Shown here one piece after another: positions 31,126-42,135 of a stretch of 64,000 bases of DNA. How positions within the stretch are numbered: the stretch's first letter is position 1; each line of letters starts with the position of its first letter. The translations under genes were made by a program, and so were the position numbers. This DNA is from an uncultured Thermoplasmata archaeon (GTDB lineage: Archaea > Thermoplasmatota > Thermoplasmata > Lutacidiplasmatales > UBA184): contig OY970259.1 of the NCBI GenBank assembly GCA_963715645.1, positions 815,889 to 879,888 of the forward strand, given 5' to 3'. The notes beneath the pieces are model-generated. The model worked only from the letters and a program-made list of their open reading frames with translations, made no database searches and was not told the DNA's origin.

Positions 31126-31985
31126 ATGGTCGGACGCGGCCTGTACCCCCCGCGCGGCTCGCTCGAGTCGAGGAGCTCTCCGAGACCATCCTCGCCCGCC
31201 CTCTCACCGCCCTGGTCGGGGTTCGGGGAGTCCCCGCGGCAGCCCTGCAACGGATGCGGCGGGAGCTCCGGCGAAGGGAGAGGCCGATCGTCGTTGCCCC
31301 GAACACTGCGATTCGCCACGCGCTCGAACGTGCCGGGGAGAAGCGCCCGGCGCTCAAGCCCCTGCTCGCGGAGGTCAACGACCAGACCGCGCTCCTCGCT
31401 GCCGAGGGCAACCCGTTCGCCCTCTACCAGGAGTTTTTGAAGACGCGTTCCCCGACCCCCGCGCGCGGGGGAGAGCTCGCCCCCGCCGACATCCGGGTCC
31501 CGGCACAGACGACCAGCTTCAAACCGGGCCCGATCGTCGGGGAGCTCCAGCACGCCGGCTTACCGGCGATGATCGAGAAGGGGAAAGTCGTCCTCAAGAA
31601 GGACACGCTCATCGTCAAGGCCGGCCAGGCGATCTCGCGCGATGTCGCGGGGATGCTGACCCGACTCGAGATCTTCCCGCTCGAGGTGGGGCTTACGCTC
31701 CGCGCGGTCGTCGAAGGGGGGACGTTCTACCCGGCGAGCGTCCTCGCGGTCGACCTCGACGCCCAACGCGCCCAGCTCGGTCGCGCCGCGCAGCTCGCGC
31801 TGGGCCTCGCACTCGAGCTCGGCTACGCCACCCCCGCCACCGTGCCGCTCCTCATTGCAAGGGCGCACCGACGAGCGCTCGCGGTCGCCATCGCGGCCGG
31901 CTATCCCACCCCGGAGACGATCACCCCCCTCTTCGCCCAGGCAGTCCGCGCTGCGGCCGCGCTCGGGAAGATCACAGGTACCTAG
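31126..31985 (+). CDS. rpl10: 50S ribosomal protein L10/P0 (indel just after ATG)
   Basis: TSFKPGPIVGELQ, LTRLEIFPLEVGL; between rpl1 and rpl12. Confidence 0.93.
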
Positions 31986-32018
31986 GATGGTCCCCCCCAG
32001 AATCACGGAGTGAGAACG

Positions 32019-32333
32019 ATGGAGTACGTCTACGGAGCCCTGCTGCTCAACGCCGCCGGAAAGCCGATCGATGAGAAGTCCCTGACCGGGCTCCTGACCG
32101 CCGCGGGCGTCGCGCCCGACGCGGGCCGGGTCAAGACGCTGATGGCATCGCTCGAGGGGGTCAACCTCGCCGAGGTCCTCGCGAAGGCCGAGACGTTCTC
32201 CGCACCCGCCCCGTCGGCCCCCGCGGCCGAGAAGAAGGACGGCAAGGGCGAGAAGAAGGAAGAAGAGAAGAAGGAAGAGAAGGGCGTCTCCGAGGAAGAG
32301 GCGGCCGAAGGACTCTCCGCTCTCTTCGGCTGA
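32019..32333 (+). CDS. rpl12: 50S ribosomal stalk protein P1/aL12
   Basis: [10 protein letters not shown]...[13 protein letters not shown]. Confidence 0.95.
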   Translation: MEYVYGALLLNAAGKPIDEKSLTGLLTAAGVAPDAGRVKTLMASLEGVNLAEVLAKAETFSAPAPSAPAAEKKDGKGEKKEEEKKEEKGVSEEEAAEGLSALFG

Positions 32334-32404
32334 GCGCGCCCGCTCCCCTTAAGACCCGTAGCCGAGTAGTGTCGACCGGAGGCCGCTGAGGCCACGGTCG
32401 ACCC

Positions 32405-33811
32405 ATGCCGGCGCGCGAGTTTTGCGGCATCGTGGGGGTCTCTCTCCAAGGAAAGGGGGCGGCCCCGTTCCTGTTCCGGGGCCTCCGGGCCCTGCAACAC
32501 CGCGGGCAGGAGGCGACCGGCATGGCCACCTCGAGCCACGGCATCCTCCACCACCGGAAGGGGAACGGGCTCGTCCACGAGGTCTTCACCCAGGACATCC
32601 TCGACTCCCTTCGGGGCTCGGCGGGCATCGGGCACAATCGGTACCCGACCACCGGCACGACCGACCTCGAGAACGCGCAACCGATCGTTTTCAAGCTGAA
32701 GACCGACGAGGCGGCCCTCGCCGCGAACGGGGACCTGGTGAACTTCGAGCGCGTGCGGCACCGGCTCCAGGCGCAGGGCGTCGACCTGCTCGGCAATGCT
32801 GACACGGAGACGATGGCCCAGATGATTGCGGTCGAGTTCAGTCGCACCCGGGACCTCGAGGGGGCGATCCGCCGCGCCGCGACGGAGCTCGTCGGCGGCT
32901 ACTCCGTCGTGATGCTCGTCGGGAACCGGGTCCTGGCGTTCCGGGACCCGCTCGGGATGCGACCCTTGGTCTTCGGGACGATCGACGGCGGGGTCGCCGT
33001 CGCGAGCGAGTCGGTCGCCCTCGAGCTGATGGGCGGCAAGGTCGTTCGGGACGTCCTCCCCGGTGAGGTCCTCGTGCTGGAGAAGGGGCAGTTGCTCCGC
33101 TCCTCCCGCATTCCGGGGAGCGGAGGTCGGGCCCATTGCATGTTCGAGTGGGTGTACTTCTCGCGCCCCGACTCGATCGTGGAGGGGCAGAGCGTCTACG
33201 ACGCCCGCCACCGCATCGGACTCCGGTTGGCCAGGGACAGCCCTGTCGAGGCGGACCTGGTCGTCCCGGTCCCCGACTCGGCCCGTCCGCAAGCGCTCGG
33301 CTTTTCGGAAGGCTCCGGCATCCCGTACGCCGAGGCGCTGATCAAGAACCGGTTCGTCGAGCGGACGTTCATCATCCCCGACCAGAAGCGTCGGGAGCTC
33401 GAGGTCCGGGTAAAGCTCCACCCTGTCCCGGGGCTGCTGCGCGGCAAACGGGTCGTCCTGGTGGACGACTCCATCGTGCGCGGCACGACACTCCGCGAGA
33501 TTGTCCAGATGGTGCGTCATGCCGGCGCTACCCGGATCGACGTGCGCGTCGGATGCCCTCCCATCGTCGCCCCGTGCTACTTCGGGATCGACATGAAGGA
33601 ACGCAAGGACCTCATCGCGTCCGAGCGCACCGAGGAGCAGATCGCCGCGGAGGTCGGGGCCGATTCGGTTCGCTACCTCTCGGTGCCGGGCCTCGTCGAG
33701 GGGATCGGGATGCCCGGCGATAGCCTCTGTCTCGGCTGCCTGACCGGCCGCTACCCCGTCGAGGTGCCGGAAGAGCGCCATCGCTTCCAGAAATCCCTCG
33801 CGGAGTTCTAG
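32405..33811 (+). CDS. purF: Amidophosphoribosyltransferase
   Basis: CGIVG, LQHRGQE, CMFEWVYFSRPDS, VDDSIVRGTT, PCYFGID. Confidence 0.96.
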   Translation: MPAREFCGIVGVSLQGKGAAPFLFRGLRALQHRGQEATGMATSSHGILHHRKGNGLVHEVFTQDILDSLRGSAGIGHNRYPTTGTTDLENAQPIVFKLKTDEAALAANGDLVNFERVRHRLQAQGVDLLGNADTETMAQMIAVEFSRTRDLEGAIRRAATELVGGYSVVMLVGNRVLAFRDPLGMRPLVFGTIDGGVAVASESVALELMGGKVVRDVLPGEVLVLEKGQLLRSSRIPGSGGRAHCMFEWVYFSRPDSIVEGQSVYDARHRIGLRLARDSPVEADLVVPVPDSARPQALGFSEGSGIPYAEALIKNRFVERTFIIPDQKRRELEVRVKLHPVPGLLRGKRVVLVDDSIVRGTTLREIVQMVRHAGATRIDVRVGCPPIVAPCYFGIDMKERKDLIASERTEEQIAAEVGADSVRYLSVPGLVEGIGMPGDSLCLGCLTGRYPVEVPEERHRFQKSLAEF

Positions 33812-33814
33812 GGC

Positions 33815-34739
33815 GTGGGGACCGCCGTCGTCCTGTCCGACGGACCTCGGTTGACCGCGGTCGAACTACCGCCCGGCGGCCCGAGCCCCACGTTCCCCCT
33901 CGGGCCCGCCCCGGTCCCGGCCGCCCATCGGTACCTTGCGCTGGGCGCGGGCGAGTTCCCGGCCCCCTTGCTTCAGGCTTTGCGAGCCCTGCCGCCCACA
34001 ACGCGGGTCGCTGCCGCCGACCCACGCTGGGTCGCGGGTCTCTCCCGCGGGACGGGCCGCGAGGTCCGGCTCGGCCTCCCTGACGGAGCTGCGGAGCGCA
34101 CGAGCCGAGGTCGCCCGCCGCGAGGCTCCGGAGGACCGGGCGTTCCTGCTGGCGGTCGCCCACCAGGAACTGGAGAGGTCGCTGGCCTCGCCGGAGGAGG
34201 TGCTGATCTCGCTGGCGCGCGAGGAGGAACGGGTCGAGCGGGCGCTGGGCCGCGAAGAACGGGCGGCCGACGCATTCGTCACCGTTCAGGGCACGCTGTT
34301 GGAAGAGTACCAGCCGGCTTGGGCCGGTGCACGCGCCTCGCTCGCCCGCCACCACGCGAGCCTCGTCTCCCTTCTCGAACGCGCGGCCCAAGAGGTCGCC
34401 CCGAATCTAGCGGTCATCGTCGGTGAGCGGGTCGCTGGCCGTCTCGTCGCGGCGGCGGGGAGCGTGACGGCCCTGGCCCGGATGAGCGGCTCCCGGATCC
34501 AGCTCCTGGGTTCGCGTCGTCGTCCCTCCCCAGAGCGGGGCCCCCGCTACGGAGTGATCTATCGGGCGGTCCGGATGAACGACCTTCCCATCGCTCGCCG
34601 GGGGGCCTATGCCCGAAGCCTCGCGGCGCTCGCCGCGATCGCCGCCCGCGCGGATGCCACCACGCACGCCGAGGTAGCGACCGGGCTGCTGGCCCGCAGG
34701 GACCGACGGGTCGAAGCGCTCCGACGGAGGACGCGATGA
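33815..34739 (+). CDS. nop5: C/D box sRNP protein Nop5/Nop56-like, frameshift near 34075
   Basis: APNLAVIVGERVAGRL, IQLLG, PRYGVIY, AIAARAD; upstream of fibrillarin. Confidence 0.85.
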
Positions 34740-35506
34740 GAGCGGGCCGGACGTTCCGCCCCTCCCCGGATAGCCCGCGGCTCGTGAGCGTAGGCTCTGC
34801 CGACCGGTTGGAGCTCTGGACCGAGACGGTCGGAGCCGAGCCCGCCGTCTACGGGGAACGGTGGGCCTACTCGGGGAACCGGTCCTACCGCGCGTTCGAA
34901 CCCGCGCGCTCGAAGCTGTCGGCTGGCCTCGTCCGGGATTGGCGGGGCCCCGTGCCGGCCGAGGGGGAACGATGGCTCTACCTCGGGGCGGCCAGCGGGA
35001 CCACGGCGTCCCATGTCGCCGACTTGGTCGGACCTGCCGGCCGCGTCTATGCGGTGGAGCGAAGTCTGAGGCCGTTCCACCGGCTGCTCGCCCTGGCGCT
35101 TCGCTGGCCCAGCCTCGACCCGGTCCTCGCGGACGCGCGGGAACCCCGGGGCTACTCCGGACTGGTTCCCCCGGTCGACGGCGTCTACGTGGACATCGCG
35201 CAGGCGGACCAGGTGGAGATCGCGATGGGGAACGCCGCGTTGTTCCTGCGGGGCGCGGGGGGCAGCCTCGTGATGGCCCTCAAGACCGCGAGCATGGGCC
35301 GGGACGCCTCGGCCCCCCAGCACGTGCGTCGGGCCGAAGAGGAGCTAGGGAGCGCCTTCGACCTCGACCCGAGCGTCCGGCTGGACCCGTTCCATCGGGG
35401 CCACTACCTGGTCGGCGGGAGCGCGCGGCCGGAGCTCTTCGCGGAAGCTCCCCGACCGCGGTCTACGCCGAGACGCGTGCGGACCCCCGAGCGATCACGA
35501 CGGTGA
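34736..35506 (+). CDS. flpA: Fibrillarin rRNA/tRNA 2'-O-methyltransferase
   Basis: RSKLSA, LYLGAASGTTASHVAD, DIAQADQ, LDPFH. Confidence 0.93.
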   Translation: MRAGRTFRPSPDSPRLVSVGSADRLELWTETVGAEPAVYGERWAYSGNRSYRAFEPARSKLSAGLVRDWRGPVPAEGERWLYLGAASGTTASHVADLVGPAGRVYAVERSLRPFHRLLALALRWPSLDPVLADAREPRGYSGLVPPVDGVYVDIAQADQVEIAMGNAALFLRGAGGSLVMALKTASMGRDASAPQHVRRAEEELGSAFDLDPSVRLDPFHRGHYLVGGSARPELFAEAPRPRSTPRRVRTPERSRR

Positions 35507-36584
35507 CGATGTCCTCGTCCGCGAGGACGTGGTCGCGCCCTACCGTCTGACCGGGGAACCGCGCACTCGGCCCCCAGATCTGGGCGGCCCGGAACGACCG
35601 GGTCAGGTCCGCCGGCAGCCGTGCAAGCAGGGAGTCGACGGAGTCTCCCTGGCGAAGGATCAGCGGCTCCTCCTTGTCGGGCGGTCTCCCGGGGGGCTTC
35701 ACATAGATGCGGATGAAGCGGAGGGAATGTCCGATCCGCTCCACAAGCTCCTCGAGCCCCGCGCGGGTGCGCGCCGAGATGAAGATCGGCACGGTGGGTC
35801 GCAATTCGGCGGCGAGGCGCGTCCGGTCCACGGGGCTGAGGAGCTCCGACTTGTTGACCGCGGCGATGGCGGAGACGTAGACGCGGTTGCCCGCCAATAC
35901 GTCGATCAGCTGGTCGGCCGTGGCGTCCTCTCGGAAGACGATCGAACCGTTGTGGACCCCGAACTCGCGGGCGATCTGGGCCGCGATTCCGCCCGCGAGA
36001 TGGGTCAGCTTCACGGTGCTCGAGACCGTCAGTCCGCCCCGCTCAGAGCGTTGGACGACGATCCGCGGCGGCCGCTGGTTGATCCGGACCGCCGCTCCCT
36101 CGAGCTCGTTCTGCAGCGCCTGGAGGTTGGTGTGATCCGGGTCGATCAGGAAGAGGATCAGGTCGACCGACCGGACCACCCCTAGCACTTCGCGTCCGCG
36201 GCCCCGGCCTTTGGCCGCTCCCGGGACGAGTCCGGGCATGTCGAGGATCTGGATCGATGCCCCGCTCCAGCGAAGCATCCCCGGGATGATGGTGAGGGTC
36301 GTGAAGTCGTAGGCGGCGGTCTCGCTTTCTGCGGCGGTGAGACTATTGAGGAGGGTCGATTTTCCCACCGATGGGTAGCCGACCAGTCCCACCGTCGCGT
36401 GCCCGCTCTTCCGGACCCCGTACCCGACGCCTCCGCCCTTTCCCTTTGCCCGAGTCTCTCGAGCGATCCGGAGAACCGCGAGCTTGGCCTTGAGGCGGCC
36501 GATGTGCAGCTGTGTCGCTTTGTTGTACTTGGTGCGGCGGATCTCGTCCTCCACCTCAGTAATCTGATCTTCAAGGGACGACAT
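35463..36584 (-). CDS. DRG-family GTP-binding protein with TGS domain
   Basis: TKYNKAT..HIG.LKAK, GYPSVGKST, YDFTTL, GRGRGRE. Confidence 0.93.
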   Translation of the reverse strand: MSSLEDQITEVEDEIRRTKYNKATQLHIGRLKAKLAVLRIARETRAKGKGGGVGYGVRKSGHATVGLVGYPSVGKSTLLNSLTAAESETAAYDFTTLTIIPGMLRWSGASIQILDMPGLVPGAAKGRGRGREVLGVVRSVDLILFLIDPDHTNLQALQNELEGAAVRINQRPPRIVVQRSERGGLTVSSTVKLTHLAGGIAAQIAREFGVHNGSIVFREDATADQLIDVLAGNRVYVSAIAAVNKSELLSPVDRTRLAAELRPTVPIFISARTRAGLEELVERIGHSLRFIRIYVKPPGRPPDKEEPLILRQGDSVDSLLARLPADLTRSFRAAQIWGPSARFPGQTVGRDHVLADEDIVTVVIARGSARVSA

Positions 36585-36742
36585 CGCAGACGGATCCGGC
36601 CACTTCTCGGGGGTCGCCCCCGGTACTTGAGTCTGACGTGGAGGCACGGTTCACCCTCCGACGCCTCCGAAAAGTGGGAGCGAGCCTCCCCGAGTGAGGT
36701 TCGTGGCCGGTTCTCACTCCCCTCCTCCGACCGCGGTAGCGG

Positions 36743-39065
36743 CGTGGGGTTTCGTCCCGCATCCGGATCGGGGAGATCCCCCCCGCGGAGGAGCTCGCGT
36801 TCCGGTCGAACCTCGCGAGTGCGCTCCGCACGGGGCAGGGTCTCGGCGTCGAGATCGGCCTCGGGGTAGGCTCCGGTCCCGACCCCCGACTCTCCGTGTG
36901 GGCGCTCACCCCGGAGTCGGCCCGTTGGATGACCCGGGTCATTGGCCGGGTGTATGGACCTCACCAGTGGGCCCCGGAACCACCCCCCGAACCCGCCCCC
37001 CAGGAGAAATCCCGCAAGCTGACCGCCCGCCGGCTCTTCGGCTGGCCCGAACCCCTCGGGACCTCGGGTCCCTTGACCGCCGTCCTCGACGCTTCCTCAA
37101 TGGTGCTGAGCGCGGTCCCCCGTGGGGCCACCCTCACCTGGTGGTGGAAGTCGGTCCGACTCGCTCGACCCAAGAGCTGGGAAGCACCGCCTCCGCGTCC
37201 CCCCTTCACCCCGCCACCGAATCGAACACCGTTCCCGAGCCGACTCGCGCAACGCGCCGAGCCGGTGGATGTTCCGACGCAGCGTCCACTGTTCGGGCGC
37301 CTCCAGATGACGCTCGAGTTCGAGAGCGGAAGCCCCGCCTTCCGCCAGGCGACCCGGGTGAAGGATGCGCTCGAAGCGGTGGCGAGTTCCGAACGCGGGA
37401 ACCGAATCCTCTTCCGAAGCTCCCCCGAAGTGTTCGGTCGACCCCTCTGGCCGGACGGGGGGATGTTGGTGTCCGTCGAGGAGTGGGAGCGATTCTGGCC
37501 CCGGCCCTGGTGCCCTGCCCTCGGCGGGCGCAACGAGCCGCGCCTCGACGGGTGGGTGCTTCCGCTAGGGAGAACGGCGACCGGTGCCGTGGTCGGCCCG
37601 TGGGTAGAGGTAGCCCAAGGCCGCCATCTCGCGGTGCTGGGCGAGACCGGGATGGGGAAGAGCTCCCTGCCTAGTCGCGGTCGCCCACCGTGCCTTTCGC
37701 CGGGCGGGTGGGGTCGTCTTCGACCCCCTCGGGGAGACGGTCCGTTCCCTGCGAGACGAGCTTCCCCCGGAGGTTCTACGCCGGGTGGTGTGGATCGCTC
37801 CCGAGCCCGGGGCGGTAGGCGTGAACGCCCTGGAAGGAGTAGGAGCCGGGTCGGAGGAGGACCCGATCCGGTCCGAACGCCGGTTGAACGACCTCGTCCA
37901 CGCCCTCCGACGTGTCCGCTCGGGTCGCTACGAGGACTCCTCCTACTGGGGCCCACGCCTCGAGGAAATGGTGACTCGGGCCGTGCGCGCCGCGGCCGCC
38001 CTTCCCCGCGGTACCCTCGTCGACGCGCACACCCTCCTCGCCACGTCGGCGCGTCTCGGCCGGCCGGTCCCGGCTCGGCCGTCGAGGCGGTTCGGGAGCT
38101 AGCCGACCGGATCCGCGACCGACCGGAGGACGCGGATGGAGCCCGACGGTTACTTCACGAGGTAGTACGCAGTCCGGTCCTGGTCCGAATGCTCTGCGAA
38201 CCCGAGCCCCGACGGAGCACCCGTGACCTAGTCGCGCCCGGACGGGTCGTCCTCATCTCGGGAGACGCGGCCGCGGTCGGCGAGCCTACCTCCCGCTACT
38301 TGCTCTCGGTCTACCTCGCCCTCGTCTGGTCCGAGCTCCTCGCCCGAGGGGGGACTCCGAAGACCTTCGTGGTCCTGGACGAGGCCCAGTGGTTCTCCCA
38401 CGAGAGTCTCGGGGAGATGCTCCGCTTGGGCCGGCGGCGGAACGTCCATGTCATCCTAGCGACCCAGGCGGTCGCTTCCCTCTCCCCGGCCGTCGGCGAG
38501 GCGGTGTGGACTAACGTCTCGGACTTTGTCGCCTTCCGGGGTTCCCCCGAGGAGGCGCGGGAGTTTTCCCGCGCGAGCCGGAGCGTCTCGGCCGAGGAAC
38601 TCCTCGCGTTGCCCCGTGGGAGCGCCGCCGTCCTCCTCGGCAAAGGACACGTCGTGCGGTGGGTCCGCACGACCCGGCGCCCGGCTCATTCCGGGGCTTC
38701 CCCGGCTGCGGACGCCGCGGGGTCGGCAAGTGCCCCGGACCCGCCCTATGACGGAGAGCCCTCCCCAGGGGGGTGTCCGGACCGGACGCCGACGTGCCGA
38801 CCGAGCTGGTGCGTCGGGCGGCAAGCCTACGGCCGCCGGCGAGCCGCTCGTGGTGAGGCTGGACGACCTGCGACGGGACGTGGACCCAGCGGGCTTCGGC
38901 GTGCGCCGGGCGGGCTCCCTCCTAGGACGTCTCGGCCTCCTTGCCCGCGACGACGGAGACGCCGGGGGCCCGCGATGGACCATCGCCCCCGAGCATCTCC
39001 CCGGACTTCGGAGCGCGGCGTCCCCGGCCTCCGCCGAGGCTTCCCGCGCGCCACAACCCTCTTAG
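36743..39065 (+). CDS. VirD4/TraD/HerA-like (FtsK-HerA superfamily) ATPase, multiple frameshifts; ends approximate
   Basis: RHLAVLGETGMGKS, VVFDPLG, YWGPRLEEM, VVLDEAQ, GRRRNVHVILATQ. Confidence 0.8.
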
Positions 39066-39089
39066 GCTCGGGGTGGCTCTTTCCGGTCG

Positions 39090-39904
39090 ATGGAGGCTCC
39101 GCCGGAGACCGCCCCCCAAACCCCTGTGCCCTCGGGCGGGGGCCTGATGGCCCCGGCCACGGTTCTGGGACGGTGCAGCACCGGGATCGAGGGCCTGGAC
39201 AACATCCTGTACGGGGGGGTCCCGCGCGGCAACATGGTCCTCGTTGCCGGGAGCGTCGGGACCGGAAAGACAACGCTCTGCCTCGAATTCCTGGTCCGGG
39301 GGGCGGAACGCGGCGAGCGCTCCCTGTTCATCTCGGTGACCGAGTCCTCGGACAAGTTGATCCAGAACCTCTCGACCTTCGAGTTCTTCCGGACCGAGCT
39401 TGTCACGAACGGCTCGCTTGTCTTCGTCGACCTGCCCGTCGTCTACGACCGGCTCGGGACTGGAGCACGAGGAGCTCACCCCTGACGAGATCGCGATCCT
39501 GATCCGGACGATCCGCGACCTGGTCCGGAACCTCGGCATCAAGCGCCTGGTCCTCGACAGCTTGACCTCCGTGTGCTACCGCATCCGGCGCGACGAGCGG
39601 ATCCGCGACTTCATGCTCCGTCTAGGCCAGGAACTCAGCGATGCCGGATGCACGTCCCTTCTCGTCTCGGAGATCGGGCCGACGCCCGGTCCGCTACTCG
39701 CTCCATGGAGTGGAGGAGGCGATCGTGGACGGGGTCCTCCTGTTGTGGAACGCTCGACGGCAGGGGGACATCCTTCGGGTCCTCCAGGTCATCAAGATGC
39801 GGGGCACGGCGCACTCCCAGGCCCAGTACGTGGTAGAACTGACGCCGATCGGGATGCTCCTCGCCCCCCACCTGAAGGGCGCGCGGGCCGAGGGCGGGAC
39901 GTAG
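39090..39904 (+). CDS. KaiC/RAD55-family ATPase, two frameshifts
   Basis: STGIEGLD..LYGG, GSVGTGKT, LVLDSLT, LQVIKMRGT.HS. Confidence 0.9.
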
Positions 39905-39907
39905 CCC

Positions 39908-40489
39908 GTGCCGATCGACATCGGGGAGCGACTGCGAGGACTGCCGGGCGGCAGCGCCGTGACGCTCAAGCTCGACCCGCGCGAGTATGCGGACCACTAC
40001 TTTGCCGTGCTGAACGCGACCCTGCGCGACGTCGGCAGTGAGACGGACGCCCACACGATCTACGTGGCGGTCACGAACCCGGCCTCCTTCGTCTGGAGCC
40101 TGGCGCAGGCGCTCGACGTCCCCGAGGACCGGATCTCGTTCGTCGACGCGATCAGCCACATCATGATGAATTACGGAAACCCCCTCCCCAACGCCACCTA
40201 CATCGAGAGCCCACGGGCCCTGGAGGCGATCATGCTCCGGGTGGAGTACCTCCTGCGGAAGTTCCCGCACCCCCGCTCGATCGTAGTCATCGACAGCGTG
40301 AACTCCCTCGCGATCCACAACCCGCCCGACCTGCTCTCCGAGTTCTTCCACATCCTCATCAACACCCTCAAGACGCGACAGGTTCTGACCGTGGTCCTCG
40401 AGACATCGGACGAGGAAGCGTCGAGCGTGGAGGCGATGCTCAACCTCGTGGTCGACGAGACCATCGACGTGGCCCGGGCGGGAACCTGA
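39908..40489 (+). CDS. Inactive KaiC/RecA-like domain protein
   Basis: ISFVDAIS, IVVIDSVNSL (Walker-B-like), no Walker A. Confidence 0.65.
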   Translation: MPIDIGERLRGLPGGSAVTLKLDPREYADHYFAVLNATLRDVGSETDAHTIYVAVTNPASFVWSLAQALDVPEDRISFVDAISHIMMNYGNPLPNATYIESPRALEAIMLRVEYLLRKFPHPRSIVVIDSVNSLAIHNPPDLLSEFFHILINTLKTRQVLTVVLETSDEEASSVEAMLNLVVDETIDVARAGT

Positions 40490-40491
40490 CG

Positions 40492-41279
40492 ATGATCGAC
40501 GCCGACCGGATCTTCGGCATCCCCGAGATCGACTACCCGATCTCCACGGCCCTCCCCCCCGGATGGCTGGCGGTGTTGACCGGGTCCTCGGCCTCCGGGG
40601 CCCCGCTGCTCGCCAAACAGTTCGCCCACGCCGGGCGTCGGGAGCGTCCCGGTCCTGTTCTACACGACCTACGAGCGGACGATGGACGTCAAGAAGGTGT
40701 TCGACGACTTCGGCTGGGACCCTTCGGCGATCCAGGTCGTCAACCTCGCGGACGAGTACGACGAGCGGGTCCTGGTCCGCGGTCTGGAGGTCGCGACGGC
40801 CCGAGAGAAGGGCCTCTCCCTCAGTCAGTTGACGAACGAGTCTCCGGCCGACCGGTCGGGCTCCGCCTTCAGCCTCACCAGCCGGATGCTGAGCGACCTG
40901 GCGGCGATCGACACCCCGTTCCGGCTCGTCCTCGACTCGGTCGACTTCTTCTTCGAGGTGCTGTCTCCGGCGGACGTCACCACGGTGGCCCGCCAGATCC
41001 GGTATCGGTGCCAGTCGATCGGCGGCCACGCGATGCTCGCGGTCCACTCGCGCGCCCACGACCCGCGGATCATCGGGGCGCTCGAGGACCTGGCCGATGT
41101 CGTGGTCGACCTTCGGGCCCTCCCTCGGGGGCGAGGCTACGAGCACACGATCTACGTCGAGAAGGTGCGGAACCGTCCCGACCTCCAGCGGATTGCCCGA
41201 GCGCGGGTGACCGAACAGGGATGGCAGGTCGACGAGTCGGGCGAGCCCCCCTCGGGTACACCCGCCTACGTCCCCGTAA
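40492..41279 (+). CDS. RAD55/KaiC-like protein with degenerate Walker A (frameshift near 40635; end inferred)
   Basis: FGIPEID, GSSASGAP, RLVLDSVD, LEDLADVVV, VEKVRN. Confidence 0.75.
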
Positions 41280-41328
41280 CCGCAACCTTATCGCCCTCGT
41301 CCGGCTCGACTCGGTACGAGGGAGCATC

Positions 41329-42113
41329 ATGGAGGACGTCGTCATCCGTCAGCTCGAGAAGGTCGAGCTCCGGACCCGGTCCTGGTCGAGGGATTGCCGG
41401 GCGTGGGGAACGTCGGGAAACTCGCGGCCGACTACCTGCGCGACCAGCTGCCCGCAAAGCCGCTCGCGACGATCTTCTCGAAGTTCTTCCCGCCGCAGGT
41501 CTACGTTAACGAGGAGGGGATCATCCGGCTCGTCTCGAACGAGATCTCGTACTGGAAGTCTCCCGCCCCCGGGGCCCGCGACCTCCTCGTGCTGGGCGGA
41601 GATTACCAGGGGATCTCCCCCGAGGGCCAGTACGAGATCACCGAACGCGTGCTCGAGTTCTGCGCGAAGCTGGGCGTCACGGAGGTCTTCACGCTCGCCG
41701 GGTTCGCGCAAGGCAAGGTCGTAGAGTCGCCGCGCGTCCTCGGGGCCGCGACGAGCCCCGAGCGCGTCGAGGCGATGAAGAAGCACGGGGTCGTCTTCTC
41801 CCGGAACGACCCGGGCGGCGGGCTGATCGGCGCCAGCGGGCTCTTCCTCGGTCTCGGGCGGATGTTCCAGATGGAGGGGGTCTGTCTCATGGGCGAGACG
41901 AGCGGGTACTTCGTCGACCCGCGGAGCGCCGAGGCGGTCCTGAAGGTACTCGTCCACGCCCTCCAGATCGACCTCGACTTCACGGCCCTCGAGTCGAAGG
42001 CCCAGGAGATCGACCGGATCGCACACAAGGTTCAGGAGGCCGAGCAGCGCTCCTCCGAAGGGACGCCGAGCGGGTCGACCGCGTCGCGCGACGACCTCGG
42101 CTACATCGGCTGA
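41329..42113 (+). CDS. Proteasome assembly chaperone PAC2 family, frameshift near 41372
   Basis: EGLPGVGNVGK, FPPQV, GASGL, LMGETSGY..DP, LGYIG*. Confidence 0.9.
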
Positions 42114-42135
42114 AGCGTCGCCCGGATCCCGGCCC

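Noticed and set aside
39090..39904. Circadian clock KaiC
   Set aside because: Single domain, no Ser/Thr phosphosite pair (GVEEAIVD), no kaiA/kaiB; better described as an archaeal KaiC/RAD55-like ATPase
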